From positions 295,675-338,025 of the forward strand of contig JAZKIU010000001.1 of the NCBI GenBank assembly GCA_040384705.1: a stretch of 42,351 bases of DNA, read 5' to 3'. The position numbers and the translations under genes were made by a program. Shown here in pieces: positions 35,203 to 42,351 of the stretch. A model generated the notes under the pieces. The model searched no databases. It saw only the letters and a list, made by a program, of their open reading frames with translations, and was not told the DNA's origin. How positions within the stretch are numbered: position 1 is the first letter of the stretch; the number at the start of each line of letters is the position of its first letter. The stretch is from Patescibacteria group bacterium. Its GTDB lineage: Bacteria; Patescibacteriota; Minisyncoccia; Phycocordibacterales; Phycocordibacteraceae.

Positions 35203-36308
35203 GCTTCCTCCTTCGTTTCTTTGGATGTACCGCTTCGAAGAATTGTCTTGCCGAGACCAATCGCCTGCACGGCTGCTTCGAGATCGACACCAAGCACGAG
35301 GTCGCCCTCGCCCACGGTGACTTTCGCGATCTGACCGCTATAGTATTGGGAGCCGGAGATGTCGAGTGCGTCAGCCGCCTCCTTCATTCCGAGTCCTTCC
35401 TTCACGTGCTCGACACGCTTCGCTTCCGCGAGACGCTCTCGGCCCTCGGCTTCGCCGGTGGCGCGCAGTACCTCGACCTTGCTATGGGCTTGCGCCTTGA
35501 TAACATCGGCCACTCCGTGCGCGTGCTCGGCTGCGAGTCGGGCAAGCGCATCGTTGACATCTTTCGGGATGTCCGGCGCTTGCAGTTCGCAGGTCTCAAT
35601 TTCGATACCCCAGCGGTTTACTGCCTCTTGGAGTTCGGCCTTGATCTCTTCGTTGACTGCGGCGAAGTTCTCGAGAAGGTCAGCGGTAGTGCGACGACTG
35701 ACTTTCTCCACGATCTGCGTCTCGCCCGTGTCGCGCAATTGCTTCACGACTCGAGCGCGCATCTCTTCCCAGGTGCTTCCCGGAATGCGTTCCCACATCT
35801 CGAAGAAGTGAGACTTTCTGATTCGCCACACGATGCTCAGCGTCACCTCTAGGGTGAGTCGCTTGCTGAGTGGGTCGTCAGTGAAGTCCCCGGAGGGCCC
35901 AGCCTTCGTCGTCACCCGAATCGGGTGGACTTGGCCTGGCAAGAGGCCTTGGTCATCCGGTTTCTTCGAGATGAGTTCCGGTTCTCCAGGAATTTGATCC
36001 TGCTGGCTCGACGTAGGCAGCTTGTTCAGCTCGGCCATGATTCGAGGGACCAGATAGAAACCGGGTCCCACTTCCATCGCTCGCTGTTGGAACACCCATA
36101 TCCCCCCGATCTCGTTCTCCTGCACGACATAGATGGAACTTGCCACATATGCCCCGAGAAGAAGGAGCGGTGCGGATTGGTCAAGCGACCAGTCCTTCGT
36201 GAAGAAGGGTCCCCAAACAAGCGGTATCGGAGAGGCCGTAGCGAGAAGCGTCAGGCCATATTTCCAGAGCTTCGCCGTTTCCGGCGGAGACTCGTGATGA
36301 TCCACCAT
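35199..36308 (-). CDS. SPFH (Band 7/HflC-like) domain protein
   Basis: N-terminal TM; VVQENEIG...F......GPG; L.E.V.RWGIEI...ELQ..DIP.DV.DAL; AEA-rich coiled coil. Confidence 0.82.
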   Translation of the reverse strand: MVDHHESPPETAKLWKYGLTLLATASPIPLVWGPFFTKDWSLDQSAPLLLLGAYVASSIYVVQENEIGGIWVFQQRAMEVGPGFYLVPRIMAELNKLPTSSQQDQIPGEPELISKKPDDQGLLPGQVHPIRVTTKAGPSGDFTDDPLSKRLTLEVTLSIVWRIRKSHFFEMWERIPGSTWEEMRARVVKQLRDTGETQIVEKVSRRTTADLLENFAAVNEEIKAELQEAVNRWGIEIETCELQAPDIPKDVNDALARLAAEHAHGVADVIKAQAHSKVEVLRATGEAEGRERLAEAKRVEHVKEGLGMKEAADALDISGSQYYSGQIAKVTVGEGDLVLGVDLEAAVQAIGLGKTILRSGTSKETKEEA

Positions 36309-36425
36309 GATAGGCGTCCTCTTTCTGTGTTTATTCCGACCTTGTCAAAGGCCATTCCGTATATATGATAGCACAACAAAGCGCTATTTGTCAAGTATAA
36401 AACCAGCTATATCCTAGCTTCTTTG

Positions 36426-36507
36426 TGCCCAGGAGAGGACTTGAACCTCCACCCCCGAAGGGACCTGCTCCTAAGGCAAGCGTGTATACCAATTTCACCA
36501 CCTGGGC
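36426..36507 (-). tRNA. tRNA-Leu(TAG)
   Basis: GCCCAGG/CCTGGGC stem, anticodon TAG, variable arm, GGTTCAAGTCC. Confidence 0.95.
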
Positions 36508-36567
36508 AGGTGTATCTCCATCCTAGCAGAAAGCGAAAGACCTCGTAATCGAGGCCTCGCTTCCTTG

Positions 36568-36640
36568 TGCACCCGCCTGGGCTCGAACCAGGGACCATCT
36601 CCTTAAGAGGGAGTTGCTCTACCAACTGAGCTACGGGTGC
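36568..36640 (-). tRNA. tRNA-Lys(CTT)
   Basis: GCACCCG/CGGGTGC stem, loop CT-CTT-AA, GGTTCGAGCC. Confidence 0.95.
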
Positions 36641-36703
36641 ATGTCTGAACCGCCTCGCAGCGGTTAATTCGCAGTATAGCGGAAAGTTCCGTATCCGCCA
36701 CCC

Positions 36704-37846
36704 TTATTCCACGACCCGCCGCAGGTGCTGGGGGATATGGACGAGGAGCTCGTACGGGATGGTGCCGCAGAGCGTTGCCAGATTCTGGATGGAGTTCGGG
36801 TGCGACGGGTCACGCGAGAGAACGGTCACCACATCGGTACGGGTTACGTCCGGGATATCGGTCACATCGAGCGAGCTCATGTTCATTGAGATGCGTCCGG
36901 CAACGGGAACATTTGTGTCGCTAACGCGCATAGCACCCTTGCCTGAAAGCCTGCGGTCATACCCTTCAAAGTATCCGACAGGCACAGTTGCGATGCGGGA
37001 GGGACGCAGGGCGGTGAAGGTGGTGTTATATCCCACATGATCGCCCTCAGGAATATTTCGGATGGAGGTGATGAATGAACGGAGCTCAAGCACCGGCTTC
37101 ACCTCGGTCTTGCCATGGTGCGAGGTGTCGAACCCGTAAAGGCCGATGCCGACACGCGCCACGTTCGTGCGCGTTACTTCACCGAAGCGTACACCCTTGG
37201 TAGCTGCGATGTGACGGTACTCGATAGTGGGTATCGAGCGCTCGACTTCCGCGACTGCATCATTCCAGGTTTCTATCTGGGCAGTCGAGAACGCATCGTC
37301 CGCTCCGTCAGCATCTGCTAGGTGCGAACCGATACCTATGAGATTGATGTTCTCGTTCTTCTTTATGAGCTCGATAGCGAGCGGGAGGTCAGTGGGCAAG
37401 ATGCCTTGGCGGTGCATTCCTGTATCTATCTTCAGGTGGAAGCGTGCGGGACGGGTAAGCAATTCCGAGATATCCCGCAGCTGCTCTATGTCGGTTATCG
37501 CAAAGTCGATATCGCGAAGCCTCGAGCGCTCGGGATCGAGCGGACGCACATATCCCATGACGACGATATGCGATCTCACCCCGGCTCCGCGCAACCGCGT
37601 CGCCTCGTACAGGGAGTCCACCATGAAGAACGCGATATCCTCCTTATCCAACAGGCGAGCGATGAGCCCTAGGTCGTGGCCATAAGCGTTGGACTTGAGT
37701 ACGGGGGCGATACGTACGTTCTGATACTGTTCCTGGTATGTATGGAGATTGTGGAGGAGGTTAGCTTTGGATATGCCCACTTCCACGAGCGGACGATGCG
37801 GCGAAAGCCGTTTCTTAATTCTTCGTAAGGTATCTATGAATTCCAT
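36704..37846 (-). CDS. alr: alanine racemase
   Basis: VLKSNAYGH (PLP Lys), HLKIDTGMHR.G, VGY, P.GY.EG, GRISM, TIPYE; start at MEFIDT. Confidence 0.95.
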   Translation of the reverse strand: MEFIDTLRRIKKRLSPHRPLVEVGISKANLLHNLHTYQEQYQNVRIAPVLKSNAYGHDLGLIARLLDKEDIAFFMVDSLYEATRLRGAGVRSHIVVMGYVRPLDPERSRLRDIDFAITDIEQLRDISELLTRPARFHLKIDTGMHRQGILPTDLPLAIELIKKNENINLIGIGSHLADADGADDAFSTAQIETWNDAVAEVERSIPTIEYRHIAATKGVRFGEVTRTNVARVGIGLYGFDTSHHGKTEVKPVLELRSFITSIRNIPEGDHVGYNTTFTALRPSRIATVPVGYFEGYDRRLSGKGAMRVSDTNVPVAGRISMNMSSLDVTDIPDVTRTDVVTVLSRDPSHPNSIQNLATLCGTIPYELLVHIPQHLRRVVE

Positions 37847-37935
37847 GGTGCCGGGGGTGGGATTCGAACCCACATGGGCAGTGATGCCCACAACGTTTTA
37901 AGCGTCGCGTGTCTGACCAATTTCACCACCCCGGC
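37846..37935 (-). tRNA. tRNA-Leu(TAA)
   Basis: GCCGGGG/CCCCGGC stem, loop CT-TAA-AA, long variable arm, ACCA end overlapping the alr ATG. Confidence 0.95.
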
Positions 37936-37962
37936 CTAGCCTTATTTTTAGCACGAATGATT

Positions 37963-38037
37963 TGGAGGCCCAGACGGAAATCGCATCCGTGCATAGCGGG
38001 TTTGCAATCCGCCGTGTTTCTACTTCACCACTGGGCC
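37963..38037 (-). tRNA. tRNA-Cys(GCA), non-canonical elbow
   Basis: GGCCCAG/CTGGGCC stem, anticodon GCA, U73, CCA; T-loop TGCGATT. Confidence 0.88.
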
Positions 38038-38071
38038 GTACGGCGATAATAGCGCGCGGAAGGCGCAAGCG

Positions 38072-38398
38072 CTATAAGTCCTTCGAGATATCATCGAGGT
38101 GCTGGCGCGCTTTCTCTCCTGCGTCTATCTCAAACCTAATGTAGGGAAGTCGCGCGAGGCGCGTCGTCTTCTTGAGCTCGTTGCGGAAGAGGTCTTTGTG
38201 GCGCATGAGGAAGTTGATGGCATGGTCATCCTGGCCCTCGGGGAATACGGATACATAAATAACGACGGTCTTGGCGTCCTTGGAGTACATTGCGCGCGTA
38301 GGGGTGATGAGGGTGTTCCTCCCAGCCTCGCGGGAGATATAGCGCCCCGCACTCTCCATGAGTATTGAAAGCGCACGCTGGTCGCGGTCGGTAGACAT
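38072..38398 (-). CDS. rbfA: ribosome-binding factor A
   Basis: LIT.T....S.D.K...IYVSVFP ... R.P.IRF..D; directly downstream of infB. Confidence 0.88.
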   Translation of the reverse strand: MSTDRDQRALSILMESAGRYISREAGRNTLITPTRAMYSKDAKTVVIYVSVFPEGQDDHAINFLMRHKDLFRNELKKTTRLARLPYIRFEIDAGEKARQHLDDISKDL

Positions 38399-38399
38399 A

Positions 38400-39878
38400 C
38401 TAGCTTTCGGTTACCTTGAAGGCGAATAGGGTGTCGCCGGGAGCTGCCTCGTATTTGCTTTCGAGCTGGAGTCCGAACTCTCCCTCGACGTGTATCTCCT
38501 TCACGTCCATGCGCGCGACCTGGAGGTTCACGAGCTTAGCGGTGCCGATAGGGAGGCCGCGGCGGTCTATCTTCACGCTCACCCCGAGCGGAAGCGTACC
38601 CGAGACCCACTTAGCGCCGAGTACCTGCTTGTTGCCTGCGGTGTTGAATGCCTTGAGGACCTTCGCCTCGCCGATTATCTCCTCCACCGAGATACGCGGT
38701 GCCTTCTCCTTCACGAGCTCCTCGATGCGCTCCTTGAGGTCGTAGATGATGGAGAAGGTGTCGATAGCGACCGCGCTCCGTTCCGCGAGGTCGCGGGCGG
38801 AGGAGTCGGTCCCAACATTGAACGCGACGATATGCGCTCCTCCGGCCATGGCGGTCTTCACGTCTCCCTCGGACACTGCGCCGATGCCTTCGGAAACGAT
38901 GCGGATGATGACGCGCTCATGCGAGACTTTCGCGAGCTCGTGCTTGATGGCTTCGATGGAACCCGAGACATCGGCCTTCACGATGAGCGGGAAAAGGGCG
39001 GTGCCATCCGGCATCGCTTCGTCACGGACCTTCGCTGGGCCCGCTTCGATCATAGCCACGAGCTTCTCCGCCTCCTTCTTGTTCGCGACCACGGTGAACT
39101 GCGTTCCTGCAGCAGGGAGCGCCGACCAGCCTGATATACGCACGGGCTGCGCTGCTTTGGCCGAATCAATGCGTTTGCCGGTGAAGTTCTCGATGAAGCG
39201 CACGGGAGCAAATGCTGGCCCTGCAATCACTACTGAACCGGTCGCAAGCATGCCTTCCTTGAGGATGAGTGTCGCGGTCTGGCCTTGCTTAGGATCCTGG
39301 GACGATTCAAGAACGAAGCCGGAGGCGGATGCTTCGGAATCGTAGGTGAGTTCCGCGAGGTCCGCGGTGAGGAGCACGAGGTCGAGGAGCTCAGGAATAC
39401 CCTCGCCTGACTTGGAGGACACCGCTGCGTACGGGACCGAGCCGCCGAAGCCTTCGAGATATATGCCGTGCTCGGTGACGGACGCCTTCGCGCGCTCGAT
39501 ATCAGCACCGTTCTTATCCATCTTGGTGAACGCGACGATGTACGGAACACCGGCCTCGGTGATTGCTTCGAACGCCTCGATGGTCTGGGGCTTCACGGCC
39601 TCGTCCGCCGCTACGACGAGGATAGCGATGTCGGCGGTGGCGGCGCCGCGCGAGCGGATAGCACGGAACGCTTCGTGGCCTGGGGTATCGAGGAAGGTGA
39701 TGGTACGAGTTTGACCCTCGTATTCATGCTCGGCCTCGTACGCGGAGACGTGCTGGGTGATGCCACCCGCTTCGCCAGCCACGACGTTCGCCTTCCGGAT
39801 GTAATCCAGAAGCGATGACTTGCCGTGATCGATGTGCCCCATCACGGCCACGATGGGTGGTCGTTGCGTTCGCGCCAT
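38400..39878 (-). CDS. infB: translation initiation factor IF-2 (short, no N-terminal domain)
   Basis: RPPIVAVMGHIDHGKSSLLD, EAGGITQH, FLDTPGHEAF, KADVSGS.EAI; start at MARTQ. Confidence 0.96.
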   Translation of the reverse strand: MARTQRPPIVAVMGHIDHGKSSLLDYIRKANVVAGEAGGITQHVSAYEAEHEYEGQTRTITFLDTPGHEAFRAIRSRGAATADIAILVVAADEAVKPQTIEAFEAITEAGVPYIVAFTKMDKNGADIERAKASVTEHGIYLEGFGGSVPYAAVSSKSGEGIPELLDLVLLTADLAELTYDSEASASGFVLESSQDPKQGQTATLILKEGMLATGSVVIAGPAFAPVRFIENFTGKRIDSAKAAQPVRISGWSALPAAGTQFTVVANKKEAEKLVAMIEAGPAKVRDEAMPDGTALFPLIVKADVSGSIEAIKHELAKVSHERVIIRIVSEGIGAVSEGDVKTAMAGGAHIVAFNVGTDSSARDLAERSAVAIDTFSIIYDLKERIEELVKEKAPRISVEEIIGEAKVLKAFNTAGNKQVLGAKWVSGTLPLGVSVKIDRRGLPIGTAKLVNLQVARMDVKEIHVEGEFGLQLESKYEAAPGDTLFAFKVTES

Positions 39879-39972
39879 AATATGACGATTACAGCATAAA
39901 AAGCGCTTATTTACAATGATTGTTCGGTTAAGAGTGTTTGCACCGCTTCTCACGTTGGCCTAGTGTGAGCGT

Positions 39973-41133
39973 ATGGCCTTCAGTAAGAAGCGCACCTATC
40001 TCGACTGGGCAGCTGCGGCGCCTACTTCCGCCCTTGCGCATAGGGCGTTCGAGAACGCTACGCAGCTGGCAGGCAATCCCTCTTCTCCTCACGCGGAGGG
40101 TCGTGCCGCGAAGGGGGCGCTCGAAGATGCGCGGCTGCGCATAGCGCGTCTCGCCGGCACGAAGCAGGACGCCGTCATATTCACCTCCGGCGCGACGGAA
40201 GCGAACGCGCTCGGTATCAGAGGGTATGTAGGCGCGCTTGTGGAAAAGGGAAAGAACATCCACGTGCTCTATATGCCGAGCGCGCACGCCTCGGTCCTTG
40301 GCGCGATAGGTGCGCTCCGCGTCGAGACCGAAGCGCTATCCCTCAAGGACGGTGCGATAGACCTATCGCGGCTCAAGGAGCAGGTACGGCCCGAGACCAT
40401 GCTCGTCATAGTCGATGTCGTATGCGGCGAGACAGGAGCGCTCTATAAGGTGCGGGATGTCAGGCGGGCGCTCGATACGGCAAGAAAGAATGGTCCCCGC
40501 ATCATGCTCTTCGCGGATGCGAGCCAGGCACCGCGGACGGAATCATTCGAGCCCGCGCATCTTGGGGCCGACATGCTCTCGCTCGATGCACAGAAGGTGG
40601 GGGGCGTGCGCGGCATAGGGGCGCTCATCGCTCCAAGGTATGTCGCGCTCAACCCGCTCCTTCAGGGTGGTGGCCAGGAGCGAGGGCTGCGGCCGGGGAC
40701 CGAATCGCCCGCGCTCGCTACCGCCTTCGCGGCTGCGCTTGAGGAATGCGCGCAGAACAGAAGCTCCTTCGCTGAAAAGGCAGCTCGCAAGCGGCAGTCG
40801 CTCCTCGAAGCTATTGCTACTATCCCAGGACTCGAAGTGAACGGAGGGAAGGAGAACGTTCCGAATATCCTCAACGTCTCGCTTCACGGGCGCGACACGG
40901 ATTATCTCGCCGCGCTTCTGGACGAAGCCGGGTTCGCGGTCTCCACCAAGAGCGCATGCGAGACGGACGAGAAGGGCTCGCGGGCGGTGCTCGCCATGAC
41001 CGGGGACGAGGCGCGCGCGACGTCGACGCTCCGTATCTCCTGGGGCCCGACGACGACTCAGAATGACCTCACACGCTTCGCGGATGCGCTCCTGTCCTCC
41101 GTTCGATTTATGGATGGGAACACGATACAATAA
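39973..41133 (+). CDS. iscS: cysteine desulfurase (IscS/NifS family)
   Basis: YLDWAA, GNPSS.H, FTSGATEAN, DASQ, QK.GG..G.G, GGGQE.GLRPGTE, STKSAC. Confidence 0.9.
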   Translation: MAFSKKRTYLDWAAAAPTSALAHRAFENATQLAGNPSSPHAEGRAAKGALEDARLRIARLAGTKQDAVIFTSGATEANALGIRGYVGALVEKGKNIHVLYMPSAHASVLGAIGALRVETEALSLKDGAIDLSRLKEQVRPETMLVIVDVVCGETGALYKVRDVRRALDTARKNGPRIMLFADASQAPRTESFEPAHLGADMLSLDAQKVGGVRGIGALIAPRYVALNPLLQGGGQERGLRPGTESPALATAFAAALEECAQNRSSFAEKAARKRQSLLEAIATIPGLEVNGGKENVPNILNVSLHGRDTDYLAALLDEAGFAVSTKSACETDEKGSRAVLAMTGDEARATSTLRISWGPTTTQNDLTRFADALLSSVRFMDGNTIQ

Positions 41134-41148
41134 CGGTATAAAGAGCCT

Positions 41149-41898
41149 ATGAATATCGAAGACCTCAACAAGACCCAGCTCATCCTCCTCACGCTCCTCG
41201 TGAACTTCGTCACCTCCATCGCGACGGGTGTCCTTACCGTATCCCTCCTCGATGAGACCTCGCCGACCGTCACGCAGACGGTGAACCGTATCGTCGAGCG
41301 CACGGTGGACTCGGTCGCTACCTCCCCGGTCGTCATCCCGAGCATTCTGCCCCCGAAGGAGGTGCCGGCAGCCCCAACGGACGAGGAGCTCCGCACGAAG
41401 GCGATAAGCGCGAACACGGCGCGCACGGTCGCTATATACAAGAACATGAGCGGCAAGATGTTCATCACTACGGGAACCTATCTCTCTAAGTCGAAAGCCG
41501 TCGTGACGGTTGCCACGAGCGGTCTTTCGAACGATGTCGCTATCATGTTCCCGAACGGTACGCTCGTCGAAGCGTCGAAGAGCAAGACGGGAAGCGGGCT
41601 CGTCATCTACGGATTCGCGGACGATGCCGTTCTTCCTGAAGCGCCTGCGTCCGGGCTCGTCGCGACCGCTGACATTAAGCCGGGCCAGACCGCGATCGGC
41701 CTTATGAGCGATAAGAGCGCGGTGACCGGTATGGTCACCAAGGTCGATGCTGCGGGGGTATCAACCAATGTTGCCGGTATACCGGCCGGAAGCTCATTGG
41801 TGAACCTGGCCGGTAACGTTATCGGGCTCTCGAGCGGTACTACCACCTTCATACCCGCCGAGCTCATCGATGCCCTGCTTTCCACGCCCGCTTCGTAA
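41149..41898 (+). CDS. membrane-anchored protein with degenerate trypsin/HtrA-like domain
   Basis: IEDLNKTQLILL.LLV.FVTSIATG TM; C-terminal GSSLVNLAGNVIGL...FIP resembles the region following the trypsin GxSGGP motif. Confidence 0.7.
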   Translation: MNIEDLNKTQLILLTLLVNFVTSIATGVLTVSLLDETSPTVTQTVNRIVERTVDSVATSPVVIPSILPPKEVPAAPTDEELRTKAISANTARTVAIYKNMSGKMFITTGTYLSKSKAVVTVATSGLSNDVAIMFPNGTLVEASKSKTGSGLVIYGFADDAVLPEAPASGLVATADIKPGQTAIGLMSDKSAVTGMVTKVDAAGVSTNVAGIPAGSSLVNLAGNVIGLSSGTTTFIPAELIDALLSTPAS

Positions 41899-41930
41899 TT
41901 CCTTCATAGCGGTATCGTCATCATATCCAT

Positions 41931-42351
41931 ATGCCTCCCTTCAAGAACTTCACCACCAAAGCCAAGGAAGCGATAAAGAAAGCGCATGAGCTCGCCATAG
42001 AGCGGGGGCAGAACCATGTCAGCCCGTTGCACCTCCTTACGGCCCTCATCCATCAGGAGGAGAGCCTCGTCTTCTCCGTGCTCGATAGGCTCGACGTGGA
42101 TACGCTTCTTCTTGCGGATACGCTCCTCGAGGCGCTTGAGATGCCGGAGACCTCTTCCACGCTCTCGCCTTCGTATAACCTGTACCTGACTCCTGACCTC
42201 GCGCAGGCGATAGAGGCGGCAGGAAAGGTCGCTGCCAAGATGAACGATTCGTTCATCGGGACCGAGCACCTCTTCGTCGCCGTGCTCGAGCATCCCGGAC
42301 AAGCTGCCGACACGCTCGGACGCTTCCGCATCGATGCGGAGACCGTCATCG
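41931..42351 (+). CDS. Clp ATPase (ClpB/ClpC) N-terminal repeat domain, truncated by window edge
   Basis: MPPFKNFTTKAKEAIKKAHELAIERGQNHVSPLHLL.AL ... FIGTEHLF. Confidence 0.9.
   Translation, partial: MPPFKNFTTKAKEAIKKAHELAIERGQNHVSPLHLLTALIHQEESLVFSVLDRLDVDTLLLADTLLEALEMPETSSTLSPSYNLYLTPDLAQAIEAAGKVAAKMNDSFIGTEHLFVAVLEHPGQAADTLGRFRIDAETVI

Noticed and set aside
8430-36425. Integrative elements or prophage at tRNA-Val, tRNA-Glu and tRNA-Leu 3' ends
   Set aside because: Accessory genes are present, but I found no integrase, transposase, phage gene or duplicated tRNA 3' end
36704-37891. ORF-track start of alr at 37891
   Set aside because: The extension lies inside tRNA-Leu(TAA); start reassigned to 37846. 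Extended starts for tsaD, cspA, infB, rpsU and the XRE gene were trimmed for similar reasons
1-42351. CRISPR array or REP-like repeat family among the many palindromes
   Set aside because: The hairpins differ in sequence, occur singly at gene ends and fit intrinsic terminators; no repeat-spacer periodicity and no cas genes
1-42351. Alternative genetic code (UGA=Gly, code 25) as in some CPR lineages
   Set aside because: Conserved genes are full length under code 11, and TGA serves as the stop in ATGA overlaps (lepB, SPFH gene)

Overview
Core chromosome segment of a reduced-genome bacterium, most likely Patescibacteria/CPR (Parcubacteria/Paceibacteria, Kaiserbacteria-like). This is inferred from a short IF-2 without its N-terminal domain, a ValRS without the C-terminal coiled coil, a 377-aa S1, a TsaD with an internal insertion, a tandem VirB2/TrbC-like pilin array and few Shine-Dalgarno sites. 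Housekeeping genes include ftsB-like, valS, tsaD, trxB, ftsA/ftsZ, ybeY, rpsU, lepB, pth, rpsA, gyrA, alr, rbfA, infB, an iscS-like gene and a partial clpB/C, plus 10 tRNAs. Interspersed are small self-contained accessory cassettes with their own sigma70-like promoter, often a GGAG/AGGA RBS and a terminator. Highlights: an alphaproteobacterial (Caulobacteraceae-like) XRE regulator between ftsA and ftsZ; several microprotein cassettes sharing a TGGAGA(T/C)T RBS; an unannotated pseudoknotted ncRNA candidate; an ATP-grasp ligase flanked by two microproteins missing from the ORF track; a methyltransferase, orphan sugar-binding protein and 5-pilin locus; a degenerate HisRS paralog; a tRNA whose CCA overlaps the alr start codon; and seven tRNAs ending in N73-CA. 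No CRISPR array, integrase or transposase was seen. All family calls come from motif recognition by eye, not database searches.
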